A stretch of DNA of 60,843 nt, filler included, from Sphacelaria rigidula (Eukaryota), in assembly GCA_964200075.2 (NCBI GenBank). It is 9 parts of 9 records of this genome, joined end to end, with 100 filler letters (N's around TTAATTAATTAA, not from the genome) between each part and the next. Parts side by side here need not be neighbours in the genome. Positions count along the whole stretch, not along the records: positions 33,861 to 40,532 come from CAXNAA020018719.1; positions 40,633 to 47,303 come from CAXNAA020018720.1; positions 47,404 to 54,073 come from CAXNAA020018721.1; 6 more parts are not named here. One strand, written 5' to 3'. A model generated the notes under the pieces. It was given only the letters and a program-made list of their open reading frames with translations. It ran no database searches and was not told where the DNA came from. The position numbers and the translations under genes were made by a program. This document shows, one piece after another, positions 38,901-52,931 of the stretch (positions within the stretch are counted from its first letter, which is position 1; every line of letters begins with the position of its first letter).

Positions 38901-41429
38901 AGACCTGGGTACCTGCTTAAACTCTGGTCCGTCGTCTTCTCGGACCAGGTACGACAGCGCCCCGCCCAAGCTCTCAATGGCCGCACTCGAGATAGATGGA
39001 GCGGATATCGCTATGTCGCGCAGCCAGTGTTCTAGATAAGCTTCTAGACTGAGAGCGTGCGGGTATATAAGCTTCAGCATCCATTGTCCATCGCATCCTT
39101 GCCCCGCCCTGTTGTTGCTTCCATCACAGTGGTTGAGGGGCTTATGCACGCCGCCACTGCGCTCCCGATCCATGGCAGAGAAGTTTGACTCACTGAAAAT
39201 TGATATCCCATTTATCTCCCACGCAGATACCCCGCATCATTCCACCTTATGTTTTTAGTAACCCTGCCCTCTTCTCGTAGCCTCCTTCATGCACATCAGT
39301 ACAGCACAGCACGCGCAGCAATGCTGCTCGCCTAGAGCATCAGACGCGGCCTAATCGTTGCCTGTTGGGTGTCGCGCCAGGTCTCGTATCGTGTACTGTA
39401 TGTCATGTGTCATGTGATGCACGTCATGTAAAGTCCTACACACTGAAAGACAAACGGGTCTGACTGGAAACCCCCCAGGCCATGGCAACGTCGATCACAC
39501 AGTCACGATCACATCGCGACGCTCCCACGCTCCTCCCCGCCGATGCCCCCGGATGTCGTGCAGTCCATTATAAGCAGTATTTTTTCACCTTGGCGATTCT
39601 GACGTCGTTAGCCCAGGTGCTGCATTAGCTACACCGAAAGTTGGCCTCATTCATCCGCCGTGACACGTACCCGCACCCATCAGCCAGAATCTTAGTGCGG
39701 CGAGCTACGAGCAAGCTGGGAGAGAGAAGGCAGGGATCGTACGGGACCGTCGAGCTCATTGTCAATGGCGGCCTCGGCGCTTAGATGGAAGGGAAGAAAT
39801 CATTTCAATTTCGTCGCAGGTGTCACAAAATTGAGGGTTGTGCCAGTGGTGCTGCATCTGTTGCCAGAAGATATCGAATGGTTTTCCAAGGTGAGTAGTA
39901 TAGGTAAGCGGGTGTGATGTATCCTGGTGATATCCTTCTCCGTACCTCGAACACCGACCCCAAACCAGCGCAAGAACTGTCTTGGAGATTCTGCCTATTT
40001 TGATTCACGGTGCATTTGACTAGCAGTTACAAAGCCAGCGCACGAAGACGGTGGGAGGGGCGAGCGCCAAACTCCACAGCGCGCCCAACAACGTCTAGTG
40101 TTTTGAGGTGAATGACAACTCCAGCGATCATGTGGACCGTTTCACCTCGATATGTGGACACTTCGTTACAGGACATCAAATACGAACGAGATCTAAAAAC
40201 ATTATTCGTGAGGCTCCGTAGCGTTGCCATGTACAACAACAGTAGTACAGTGGCTCACTATAGCGCGAGAAAGTTATTTTATCCATGTTTAGGTTGATCT
40301 CGGGTGGGAGCAAGCTTCTACAGTAGGAACCTAAATGTTACCGAACGACACAGATCTCGTCGAGGGCTTTCCAACGCCAACGCGGTTATTTTTACCCATA
40401 TTACTTCGGTCTCATTTACACTGCTTTACTTCACTTCGGTGCCAAGATGCCGTTGTTAACACCTTCGTTTAACAGTTGATTCTAGAAAATGGGGTTCATA
40501 CAAAATATGGGGTTGAAGTGGCATTTCTATTTNNNNNNNNNNNNNNNNNNNNNNNNNNNNNNNNNNNNNNNNNNNNTTAATTAATTAANNNNNNNNNNNN
40601 NNNNNNNNNNNNNNNNNNNNNNNNNNNNNNNNGTCTTCCGTGCAAGAGAGATATGCCACTTCAGCCCCATATTTTGTATGAACCCCAAAATATAAAATCG
40701 GCTGTTACATGAAGAATTTGGCACATGCTGGTATAATAACATCGATAATGCCAGTTTCTCGAGTGATTGGTAATCGCCGAGCGAGGACACACAAAGGGCA
40801 TGGGCGAGGAGCTTCCTCTCTGTCGTTGCTTCTCTCTCTCTTCTGGTGATATCGTCGTCGACACGCGTGTACACCGCATTCGTTAGGTGCACCTAGCCAC
40901 AGCTGCTTAACTGCTGCGGACATTTGGGGGGGAAGATGGCTTCGCTCGGTCGTAAGTGTATGTTTCGCGTCATCCCTGCAAAGAAATGTCACTTCAACCT
41001 CATTTTTTAGATGGACCCCATTTTTCAGGATCCGCTGTGAGGATTGAACGGAGGCCGAAGTTCGGAATAAACAAGGAGCCTTCAGGAATAATTGCGGATG
41101 CTTTTTTTCAAGGATGAGCGAGATCACACATCACAGCCGGAGAGTGTTTTTTACGTTTTCCCCGAAGATACTTTCGATGCTTATTAGCTATGAAGCTTCC
41201 CAATAAGGCTCATCTTGAAAAATTAACAACAGCCAAGAAAATCTCCCCGAAAAAATGATGTTTGACTTCTAAACAACAGTGCTTTCCCTGGCCTGAAGTC
41301 ATGAGAAGTGCTTTTGATATGGGCGACCGCATGTCCCCCGACCTCGTTGAAACCATTTTGGGGGGTCCCGCTTCTTGAAAAGCACGTTGATGATAATATC
41401 TTTTCACTCTTGCAGCACTGCTTCCTCAC

Positions 41430-41640
41430 GCCACAAACGGGGTGAGCACCATGTTGTGGAGACACTTCAGGATGGCAGAGTCTTCGGTGCGGCCGAGCTT
41501 CAATTGTTCGCCAAAGATCTCGTCCGCCCCAACGGCCTTGCCGTTCGCCAGCTTGCGTACCGCTTCCTTCACTTGTTCCATCGAGGGCTCGGCCGCGAGC
41601 GGTGCGCGCTCCGGCATCTGTTCGATGAAATCGGTGACAA
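41430..41640 (-). pseudogene. Non-LTR retrotransposon fragment, region just N-terminal to RT
   Basis: PSMEQVKEAVRKLANGKAVGADEIFGEQLK matches the LINE motif EV..A...L..GKA.G.D.I..E.LK. Confidence 0.8.
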
Positions 41641-43287
41641 GAGTACACGAAGAGTGATAAACCGTACGAGTACCTCATAACCATTTTCTTCGTGACAACT
41701 TTGGGCTGTTTTTTTTCAGGGGAGGAGGGGGGTATCGTAGTATTAGTCCTCTACTCGTTCCCTTTCCTTTTCATAAACGTTTTTGTGAGCAGAAGAATGG
41801 TAGCTGTCGCATACTTTTCATCAAAATGCCGCCCTGTAGTATGCAGCCCAACATGAATGATGTTGGCCTACGCCTACGATCTCGGGTCGGAGAAGCCCTT
41901 AGCATGATTCTGTGCTGTAAAATTCGCCCTTAAAACTGTACCGTGTGCTCTGTGTTGCTGCTCTGTAGTGTAGTTCCGGACGCGAGGTCCATCGCACGTG
42001 CCCATTCTTGCCATACATGCATACAGTTATATAGCTACGCGGTCCGGACAAGAGAGGAGAGTTAGATGCATCTAGGATTCGGCTATGCCGCCACTGTGGC
42101 GCTGTCGGCTGGCCGTAGCTTCGTCGGCGTACACGTAGCCCGACGACCATCACATGATCTCATCAGCTTTTCGAGTAATATTGCGCCGCCTCTGCCTCTC
42201 GCTGCGAGCGGGAGGTCGGTGATCACGGGAGATAGGCGTTGGCGACGACGGGGTGGAGGTATGTGCATGGGAGTGAGAGGTCTGAGGAGGTACATCGCTA
42301 AAAGGAGTCTGCCGGGGGAGCCCGAAGTTCTTGGAGAGGTATGTTGAGGATCGGAAACATGAAACATGCGGTGGATACAGTGTAACTCTTGAGCTTTATA
42401 TTGCCGTGTCGATCACTCACTGACTATCATGCACTGTACATCAAAAGTCTGCAGCATACGTGGGAGAGACTATGGTTTAGGTGTAACAGCACACGTTCAG
42501 AGTGACTAGCGTAGGCCTCAACAGAGAGCGCTTTTCGCACCGCGTGGTCTGTGTAACGTACTTTTGCGTTAGCTGACGATGTATAACACCCTCACACCCC
42601 ATCGACTGTTTTGCGCATTACACTCAATTCTCACTCGAAAGGGGAGATCATACAGTACCAACATAAGTACTGGAGAGATAAGTATCCTAACCACCCCACC
42701 GGGGGACGTGTGTTTCACGTTTAGATCTCAAATCAAATGATTGTCCCGCGATATCAAGGTTGTAAGCATTCATCGCACATGGGGGTGTTATACACCGTGA
42801 CCGGCGGCACTTTCGGTCTGGGAATGCTTTCGAGGATGTGGCCATGCTCGTGTCAGACCTATTTTTCATCGATTTTGGTGGTGTGAATTTTCACAATGAG
42901 AACCTACGCTCCATGAGAGAGGGAGAGTGCACGCACTCAAAGCAAACCATCAACGTCAGCCGTCGGACGCTGAGACGAATCATGTGTTTCCGTTGAGATA
43001 CCTCTGGGCACCGAGTTCATAGATGCGGGTCGTTGTGTAATAATTAAAGTCAAATATTTTTTCGTTGTTTTCCATGATTGTTGAACGGATTCAACCCGGA
43101 AATCTTGAGTTGATGGACACACGTGCGCTACTCGAACCCCCTGTACCGCAGATATGTCGACAAGATTGGATTTTTTCCCCGTCCAGGCCCGTTGCGGGTT
43201 TCATTTCCCTCCGCCAGCTCCCTATAGCCCAGGACAACACGTACAGTATATCGGTGATATTTTCACAAGCACCGTATCATCATGAAG

Positions 43288-43673
43288 CAAGCTTACGGTA
43301 TATACATTCGAAAGGGGGCGGTACTCTAGCACACGGGATCGCACACGCAAGAGAGATACGTGCCTATGTTAGCTGTACGATGTCCGCTGTGTAGAGTGCT
43401 TACTCGTCTTCGCCATTGCATCTCTAAATAATTTCTGTTGCGGTACGGACTGTATCTTTACCGTAAGATGCGCCAACCCTCAAGCTTACGGTATATACAT
43501 TCGAAAGGGGGCGGTACTCTAGCACACGGGATCGCACACGCAAGAGAGATACGTGCCTATGTTAGCTGTACGATGTCCGGTGTGTAGAGTGCTTACTCGT
43601 CTTCGCCATTGCATCTCTAAATAATTTCTGTTGCGGTACGGACTGTATCTTTACCGTAAGATGCGCCAACCCT
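43288..43673. repeat. Near-perfect 193-bp tandem duplication
   Basis: 43288-43480 and 43481-43673; one mismatch seen (tccgctgtg vs tccggtgtg). Confidence 0.95.
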
Positions 43674-44422
43674 GGGCATTGCGTGAGTACTGTCTGTAGG
43701 GCACCGATCAACGGCCAACAATAGGGAGTCAGCAGTATTGATGCCGACATAGTCCTTTTCTCGGGGCTGTGCCGTCCGGGGCATGAAACAACGCACAACG
43801 ACGACGATAGCACCGTCTTATCTCATGCCCCGTATCCAAAGCCGTGCAGAACACCGGAGGAGCATGCCGAGCGCAAGTGGAGACTGCAACGTCAACCGCG
43901 GCTATCGCAACCACACCGCAGGCACGACAACGCTCATAGCGTACGTTGGGTACATAGCGTACGTTGGGTACACCAACCCGTATACAGAAACACAAAGCAC
44001 CACGTGTGGGCTGTTGTTGTCCTGGATACCATCTCTCCGCAGCAAGATCCTGTACCGCGGCTGCGGGCTGCAGAACGTCGGTGAACACACCTGTGACGGA
44101 TTCTATACGAAATTCAAGGTTGCGTTATAAAATGCGTTACGTAATGTACAGGGACTGGTAATGATGAAAATCAAATTACTCGAAATTAGAGTGCGCGTTA
44201 TACAATTTGACCCATACGTACGAACCCACCGCCTACCTCTAAGTTGTTGCAACGTACCCATCTTTTGTTTTTTTGTTCGTCGCACTTTCAGCCCCTCCCC
44301 TCCCTCGGGACGAGTCGTTGGTCTCAAGAATCTACAAATTTCCTCCCTCAGTACCCGACTTGCATTTGGTCTCGCGTATTGGGATAGCTCACGATTATTA
44401 GTGCGAAATTGTGGTTTGCAGA

Positions 44423-45570
44423 CCCCACCTCACCTCAATTTCGAGAGCTGGACTTTCAAATTTGTACATGTACGAAGTACACCCTTAACTCACGAAAAAA
44501 AAGCTTCTACGAGCTGAGCCGCCCAAGAAGCCACTAGGAATGTTGAAACGCATATTCTTCGCTCAACTTTGGATCGCTTTCGAGGAAATTTTGACACGAT
44601 GTACAGGACGTATGTGCGAATACCAAACCTTTTATCCCCAGTTTTTTTAATATTATTTCGTGAGTTATTGGCAATTTTGTTCCGAAAACTGTTCTGAAAT
44701 GTTCCGTCGGCAATAACCCACGAAGAAATAATAATAAAAAAAACTGGGGATGAAAGGTTGGGTATTTGCACATACGTCCTGTACATCGTGTCAAAATTTA
44801 ATCGAAAACGATCCAGAATTGAGCGAAGAATATGCGTCATTCCGTCGACAACCGGTTACTATTCGTAGTATATGGAGGTGGACCAGTTACGAATAATTCA
44901 AATGCATTTATGCTGCTCAATTTCAAGCTGTTTTCGATGAAATTTCGACACAATGCACAGGACGCATGTGCGAATACCGAACCTTTCCTCCCATGTTTTT
45001 TTTTTTCTGCGTGAGTTATTGGCAATTTTGTTCCGAATAAAACTGTTATGGAATATCCCGTCGCCAATAACTCACGGAGAAGAATAAAAAAACACGGGAG
45101 GAACGAAAGGGTGTTTGCACATACGTCCTGTACATCATGTCGAAATTTCATCGAAAACGACTAGATATTGACCGCGGGAATTGTGCTACAGCTTGTGTGG
45201 CACCACGCGTTACAAAACTGACTGTGATCGAAAATCCAATCTCAGCCGTTTTCTTTTGGCTAATTCCGCCGCACATTGTACCCTCAACTCTCTAAACTTT
45301 CGCACTTGACTACAGTTTGGCGTTTTGTTTGATGAGACCTTGTCGGATCGCAGTGCTACATGGATTTGAAGACGCACGCTGATTCGCCGATTACCACGAT
45401 GTGTCATAGTGGGCACAACTCGCGATACATCGTCAGTTAGAACGGGCTGGAGGAAAGTGAGCTTCTTGGGCGGCCCAGCGTGTAGTCCCGAAAAATATTT
45501 TTCAGTGTCCCCCGTTCTCCCCCAGTACCAAATTTGGAATTCCAACTCTCAATATTGAGGTGAGGCGGGG
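44423..45570. mobile_element. Nested foldback element with two internal palindromes
   Basis: Outer IR ~44423-44467 / 45525-45570. Inner IR ctacgagctgagccgcccaagaagc (44507) / gcttcttgggcggcccagcgtgtag (~45460-45485). Palindromes at ~44548-44837 and ~44929-45160. Confidence 0.8.
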
Positions 45571-46473
45571 CGATTTAGAAACGGGCCGGGTGAAATTCGG
45601 AACAACATTTTCCCAGGCCATTTACCGCCCCAGGTTTCATACTCGAGAATTGAAATTTTGTGTGGGACCTCGCTAGGGCATAACGAACCAAAAAACGTGG
45701 GGATGGTTGACCTTTTGTCTTTTTTTGTTTTGTTGAGGACCTTTCAGTATCGTAAAGATCATGTTTCGCAAAAGCGCGCGTACCTCTCTTCCCCTAAGAC
45801 AGCGACAGTAGGTAATCCGTTGAATCGGCATCAATTTCACTTTGAAAGGGTTTGCACGATCCAGATGGACTACCCTCGCAGTCTAAGGGTTCGACAAAAA
45901 ACGGATGAAGGCCCATCTTTTTTCTCGGGCATTCCTTTGCGATTTCCATGACAACCTTCAAATAAAAAATGAAAAAATTGAGCTGAAAAACCGAGATAAG
46001 GTCCGAGAGCGTTGTCGATTTTCCCTTCTAACCCCCCTGAGAAATCAAGAAAAACAAAGAACAAAGGAAACGAAAAAAAGTGACTTTTGTATTTTATTTT
46101 GCACTAGTAATTCTTCATACGAAATTTCGAAGCACAACTCTTCAAACCTGAGACGCGATATCCAGATTTAGTGCATTTAGTGCCTCTGCTCGTCATATAT
46201 TGATTTCAATACAGAACATTATGGGCGCCATATCTCGAGAAAGATAACGAATGAGGCTAAGGTGAGGGTATCGATCGCTTTCTCGTGCTTCAGGGAGTGA
46301 ATACACCAAAAATCGTCATTATCTATATCGTTCGGGGTTTCATGTAGACTTTAGTATCGACGCTCTCTCCGTACGGTATAGGAACTACTAGACCTGAGGT
46401 TTAATCACCGGGAAAGAATTGGCTCAGACTTTTGAGCAGATGGGCACCTTCCTCATGATCAGACGATTGATAC

Positions 46474-46880
46474 TAGAGCTTGGAAATGGTTTGTCTAACC
46501 ATTAACGAGATGAATGGTTACGCGTAGCGCACTTATTCACCAGTTGAATGGTACATAATGGTTTGGTCATCGAGCGGCGCAGCCGCGAGCCAAAAAGCCC
46601 CCCCGGTAGAGGGGACCCCGCCGGAGGCGCCCCCGGAGGGCCCCGCCGTGCGGGAGCCACGTTTTTACACGATTTGGCTTCACGAGAGCTAAATAATACG
46701 TTCATTTTGGGCCAATTTTTTAAGGGCCATATGTAGCGTACGTAGCCGGTAATGGCTTATAGAGCCGGTAACGGCAAATAATGGTTTGAAACCATTATCC
46801 AAAATTTTCGTACAACCATTACCGTTATTACCGTTATAATGATAATGGCCAGTCATTACTGGTATCATTTCCGAGCCCTA
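46474..46880. mobile_element. MITE with TIR tag(a/g)gct(t/c)ggaaatg and internal aatggt/accatt repeats
   Basis: tagagcttggaaatg ... catttccgagcccta. Confidence 0.65.
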
Positions 46881-49074
46881 ATTAATACCATATGCGGATC
46901 ACGGCTCAACTTGTTGGTGTCGATGAGATTTCCCTTTGAGAGCTTGAATTCGCGACTGGGCCGCCCCAGCTAGTACAGGCTGGTTCACGCATATCACCCA
47001 AAAAACACTCATCGGCAAAACTTCACGCCGTTTACAGGAGTTAAACCCTGAAAGATTTCACGAATGTTCTATGGGTCATCACGCAACTTTGCAGGCACGA
47101 GGTTTTTTCACTCTTGTTTTTTTTCACCGTTTTTTGGGGGAAACCTCGACCCAACCGGACCCCCGTAAAACGGTAACAAAAGAAAAAATCGAAGAACCCC
47201 ATTCCTGCAAAGTTTCGTCATGTCTCAAAGCACAGTTGTGCAAAATTTCAGGGTCTAACTCCTCAAAACGGCGTGAAGGTTTTGGCCTTTGTGCGATGAA
47301 GTTNNNNNNNNNNNNNNNNNNNNNNNNNNNNNNNNNNNNNNNNNNNNTTAATTAATTAANNNNNNNNNNNNNNNNNNNNNNNNNNNNNNNNNNNNNNNNN
47401 NNNGCAGTTCCTGAGTGATGGGAGTCTCGCGGGAGGGGGGGGGAGGGGGGGGGGGGGGGGTGGGGGCACTCCATCGACGCACGTGCAGTATATGGTGCAC
47501 GAAACCCTTCATATGTTCCCCGCCTGCAAGTCTCCGCCCATTTCTCGTCTGGCAAATTCATGTCTAGTGTGAGTGTGCGTGGTGTGTGTGTGCGGGGGGG
47601 GAGGCCAAAGGATGGGATGGAGTCGAGTAATGTACAGGTGATGTATATACGTTGCGTCTGCTGTTGTCTCTATATCTTGTATTTGGATCATACCGGCGGA
47701 ACGGCTCACTCGTTGATGTCAACGAATAGCTTCATGTAGCGTTCGTGTCGGAGTTCGACTGCGAGGATGAAGGTCAGTTCCAGACCACCAGCCCCAACCC
47801 ATAGCCGTGCAACGATGCTGTCTTTTATGTCGAGTATTTGGTGACGAGCGGCCAGGGAGGATGGTGGGGGGAGGGGGGGGGGTGTCGACGGGTCACGCTG
47901 GGTGTTAACACGCGCGATCGGCATCGGAGTGTAGAACGCAGGGTGTGTAGTCGCCCGTTCTATTCCGGGCGCCGCACGACATCCATTGCTACTAGTGCGC
48001 GCAGCAGCCGGGGTCACACGGGAGGAAGGCGGTCAGCACAGAATTATGTCTCAATCTCGTATATTTTAGTTTTCCACTGATCTTCCTTCTGCGGTTCTTG
48101 GTGTTATTTTTTCGCGATGGGGGTTCAGTAGTGCGTTTCTGTCGTCCACTATTCACTCGAGTTTCGCCCATCCAGGGTACAATCGCTCTTCGCTGTCGGG
48201 CATTGAGTCATCAAACTTTGAAGATCGCTCCTAGAATCGGACTCACGCTCCAGCCGTGGAGACCAATATGAGTCGTTGGGCCCATCGGCTGCTCTATCGC
48301 ATTCTTAATCTTTCCGCTTTCGTGGAGCACATCAACCACCTCGTAGCGCCCGCGGCGCTGGCCTGCGAGTACTATCGCAATACATATGTCTTGGCGGCCG
48401 CTGGTTTGTAAACCTACTATTTGGGGTCAGTTGGAGTGGCGCGGGCGGTGCGGCGCTTGTTGTGTAAACAAAGCGAAATTATCAAGGGGAAATGCGGCAT
48501 GTTGTGAACGTTGACAGTGAACCAATGAGTTGTTTTATTAAATCGTTTCACGCGTCGCTCGTTGGTTCGTCATGGTCTGGCGTCCACGCGTTTTGACGCC
48601 GTCTCGTACGGTGTTCGTCATTCTAGGTGATGGGGTTTATGCATGTATCGGCCGTTCACTTCGGTCAATTCGTTCTCGGTTCCCGCGGTGTGACCATCTC
48701 GTGGGACGAACCGCGGGAGAAGTTGGTATCGTTGTCTACGACTGAAAACGATTTGTCACAAAATTATCACTCGATGAATGCAACCAACAATTAATCCCTA
48801 TGCACGGTGATATCACTCGGCGAGGTGTTCGTCATATGTCGCGGTAATGTTCATGGCTCCTTCCGCAATCCCGTGACAGCGCGATATGTGGTCAACTCGT
48901 CGGTCATCCATCCGGTGGTTTCGTGTTATGGCATGGATGGTTACGTAGGTCGATGTCTCGGCAAAAGAATGGGAACGGTTCGGCAGAAACGTCTCCCTTG
49001 AGGGACACGGACATGCCTTCGAACCCATATCATAATGTCAAATCTTAGGGCGCTGCGTTCACGACCTTTCCAGT

Positions 49075-50992
49075 TTGCATGAGTGGTTTACGAAACCCGT
49101 AATTAGGCGGTAGTCGTACGGGATTTCGGTTGACTCTTCGGCGTGAAAATTATGTGTCATGACTCGAGAGGTTTTGAGATTCCGTCGCAAACGCTGATGA
49201 ACGATTTTGCATCAGGCTGGTGCCTCATGAAAATAACGTGGTTCAGAGCCCATGACATGTATGGGAATATGGGTAGGCGCGGCGTTTGTTATTGTTTTGG
49301 TGGTGTTGTGATGGCTGCCGCGGCAAAGACGTGATGGGCCCACCACTGTTCTCTCTATGTCGCGTGTGTGCCGACATTGTTTGTCGTTGATCACGATAAA
49401 TTAGTTTATATGATACATTATTAAGGCGAAACTATTGTGCGGGAGACGTCGGTGCCATGAACGACAGCGTTTCCTTAGACACCAAACGACTTATTAATGT
49501 GTGGTCGTATCTCTCATGTCCCGCAGCATTCTGTATATTCAGCCGATGGGTGTGTATGGCTGTTTTACCAAACCCGTGGTTAGGCGGTAGTTGTTCGGGA
49601 TTTCGGTTGACTCTCCGGCGTGAAAACTATGTGCAACGACTCCAGAGGTTATGCGATTCCGTCGCAAACGCTGATGAACGATTTTGCATCAGGCTGGTGC
49701 CTCATGAAAACGCACATGGTTCAGAGCCCATGACATGTATATGGCAATATTGGTAGGTGCGGCGTTTGTTATTGTTTTGGTTGTGGTGTGATGGCTGCCG
49801 CAGCAAAGACATGGTGGGCCGACGTCTGTTCTCTCTCTGTGGCGTGTATTCGCACATCTTGTGTCATAAATCACGATAAACTTATATGATACAGGATTAG
49901 AGCGAAACTATTGTGCGGGAGACGTCGGTGTCATGAACGACAGCATCTCATTAGACACCACACGACTGAATAATTGTGTTGTCGTGTCTCTCATATCCCG
50001 CAGCATTCTGTATATGTAGCCGATGGGTGTGTATGGCTGGTTTGCCAAACCCGTGATTAGGCAGTGGTTGTTCGGGATTTCGGTTAACTCTCCGGCGTGA
50101 AAATTATGTGTGACGACTCCCGAGGTTATGCGATTCCGTCGCAAACGCTGATGAACGATTTTGCATCAGGCTGGTGCCTCATGTAAACGCACATGCTTCA
50201 GAGCCTACCACGACACATACGGGAATATTGGTAGGCGCGGCGTTTCTTATTGTTTAGGTTGTGGTCTGATGGCTGCCGACGACCACTCTCTCTGTGGCGT
50301 GTGTTCGCACATCTTGTGTCATAGATCACGATAAACGTATATGATACAGTATTGAAGTGAAACTCTTTTGCGGGAGACGTCGGTGTCATGAACGACAACA
50401 TTTCACTAGACATCACACGACTTATTAATGTGTGGTCGTGTCTCTCATGTTCGGCAGCATTCTGTATATTCAGCCAATGGGTGTGTATGGCTGGTTTACC
50501 AAACCCGTGATTACGCGGTAGTCGTTCGGGATTTCGGTTGACTCTCCTGCGTGAAATATATGTGTCATGACTCCACAGGTTATGCGATTCCGTCGCAAAC
50601 GCTGATGAACGACTTCGCAGCAGGCTGGTGCCTCATCAAAACAAACATGGTTCAGAGCACACCACCACACACATGGGAGTACTGGTAGGCGCGGCGTTTG
50701 ATATTGTTTTTTGGTTGTGGTGTGATGGCTGCCGCGGCAAAGACCTGATGGGGCGACGACTGTTCTCCCTGTGGCGTGTGTGCGCACATCTTTTGTCGTA
50801 GATCACGATAAATTTATATGATACACAGTATTAAAGCGAAGATCTTGCGCGGGAGACGTCGGTGTCAACGACAGCATTCCAGTGGACATCACGCTACTTT
50901 ATAATTGTGTGGCCGTATCTGTCATGTCCCGCAGCAGCATTCCGCACATTTCGTGGATGGGTGTGTATGGCTGGTTTACCAAACCCGTGACA
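49075..50992. repeat. Tandem array of ~478-bp units (4 full units plus degenerate flanks)
   Basis: Anchor aaacccgt at 49093, 49570, 50048, 50501 and 50981; gattccgtcgcaaacgctgatgaacga is conserved in each full unit. Confidence 0.95.
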
Positions 50993-52931
50993 AGGTAACT
51001 ACTCTCCGGTACGTCGGCCGGCCCTCTGGCGGGTTCACCCTGTGCCAACAATGCGCAATGCGATGGTTGGGTGAACGCCTTGTGCAACATTTCGTCGGGT
51101 TCATAAGCTGTCATTGATCCAACGTGTACGGCTACATGGGTTACGTTCTCCACCCCTTCACGTCCGGCGAAAACCCGGCGTGCTCCGTCCCGGCTTTGTA
51201 GGGATGCGAGGTCAATGGTCTTATGACTATGGCAAGCATGATACACCCTTTCACAAACTTCAGTCTCATTTTCATGACAAGAAGGTGAGGGAATGGTAAT
51301 CACAGCGTATTCTCAAGTATTCGCGAGTCACAGTCTCAACGATGTAAAGAGCTTGTGCCCACGATTATAAGATCAGTTAATATTTGCGCACCCCTATGAG
51401 GACGTCACTCCGATCTCGACATACTGCGGTCCGTTAACAAAGTAGTTGGGTGATTTGACATAAAACCACCGCGTTATACACTTTGAGACATACTCGATAT
51501 CCCACGAATCATGGGAAGAACATGTCGCTTCGCGTCCCTTACGTTTTGATCCTCTGTTGTTCACGCCTGGTTTGACAAACCCGCGCTGGCGCGATTGCTT
51601 TCGGAGACATCGTTAGAGACCCTACAGAGCCTCCATCGTGGTGATGGATCCGTGAAGGGGGGAGATGCGTGTTGTCATTTTGAATGCTTGCTTCCTAGAT
51701 TCGTTTGCGGAACTTCCCGCCCTTCCCTCTTCCCAATGGTGTGTAAATCAAAAAGTATGTTTTAGCCTCGATTGCGGTGTGAATAAAGGGCCTTTCTTCG
51801 GCCCTGAAATTGGGCTTCCTGCACGAGTTTCCACAGTGGAATACGTTCCTCGCTTTCGTTATTTGCTCATAGTATCTTCGTGTACAGTCTTGTTGAGTGG
51901 GAACTTCGGACGATGCGGACCACCGTTAAACACGTAGAAAAGCTGGAAACGTCGTGTCTGCTGCGAGGTTTTGTGGGGATCCGCAGCATGTTGGTGCCTG
52001 ATATCAGCGGCCAACTCTTACGCTGCCGGCGTGAGGTTTCTGGCGTTTGCGCCATGACCTTCCCCGTCTCACTGTGGAACTGCGACGTGCTACTCGACAT
52101 GAGTAGAAAATGATGCTTGTGGCGTGCTCTGCCGTGCACTATCGTCAGTTCATGAAGGTGGTTCTTCACGAACCTCTGTGGATGCCTGCCTTGCTCGTGC
52201 GGGGGCAGCTTGCTGGGAGAATGAAACAAGATAAAAGATGAATGCGGCCTCGATCGCCCGGGGTGCCCTGATGGAGGCTACTTTCATTTGTTGTTCTGTT
52301 CGTAGAAGTATGGGCGTTGTCGTGGACATATCGTGTCTACTTTACTAAACTCGCCTGAACAAGTGAGATATAAAAGCAAGAATCAAACTCTCATATAAGC
52401 ACGAAGAAACCTCTGCCGCCATTGTGGGTGCATGGCGACCTGGCGGGGTTCCTCGCAAAGTTTCAATGAACAACCGGCGCCTATCCTGCGGCGGTCGACG
52501 CCTGGAACATGTCGTGTCAAATCTCGCCCAGCCCGGGTTCTAAATCGACCCGCCTACGCAGAGGGCCGCGCGTGTTCTGGAGGCCTTCGATTCCTCTGGG
52601 GGCTGCAGAAGTTGACCGGAACCCACGTATTGGGCGGGGTAGCCGAATGGCCGCGTGCGCACCCGTGTTCGTGGGGTGGTGATGTCCTCTCTACGGCAGT
52701 GACGCGGCATCGCTACAGCACGCCACAGCACACGAGACACCAGCGCGACTGTGAGCTGTTAAAACATGCTACAGATGAAACTCGAAACCCTTGTGGGGGT
52801 GAACAAGTCATCGCAACTTGGTGGGGTTAAAATCTCTGTGCTGCCATGAGATCGTGCCCGACTCGAAATTTGCCGCGGGTTTCTTTTACCGGGAATAAAA
52901 TATATGGGGGCAAAAGAATATGTTAGCATCC

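Noticed and set aside
49075..50992. CRISPR-like array
   Set aside because: Whole units are homologous with no unique spacers, there are no cas genes, and the context is eukaryotic.
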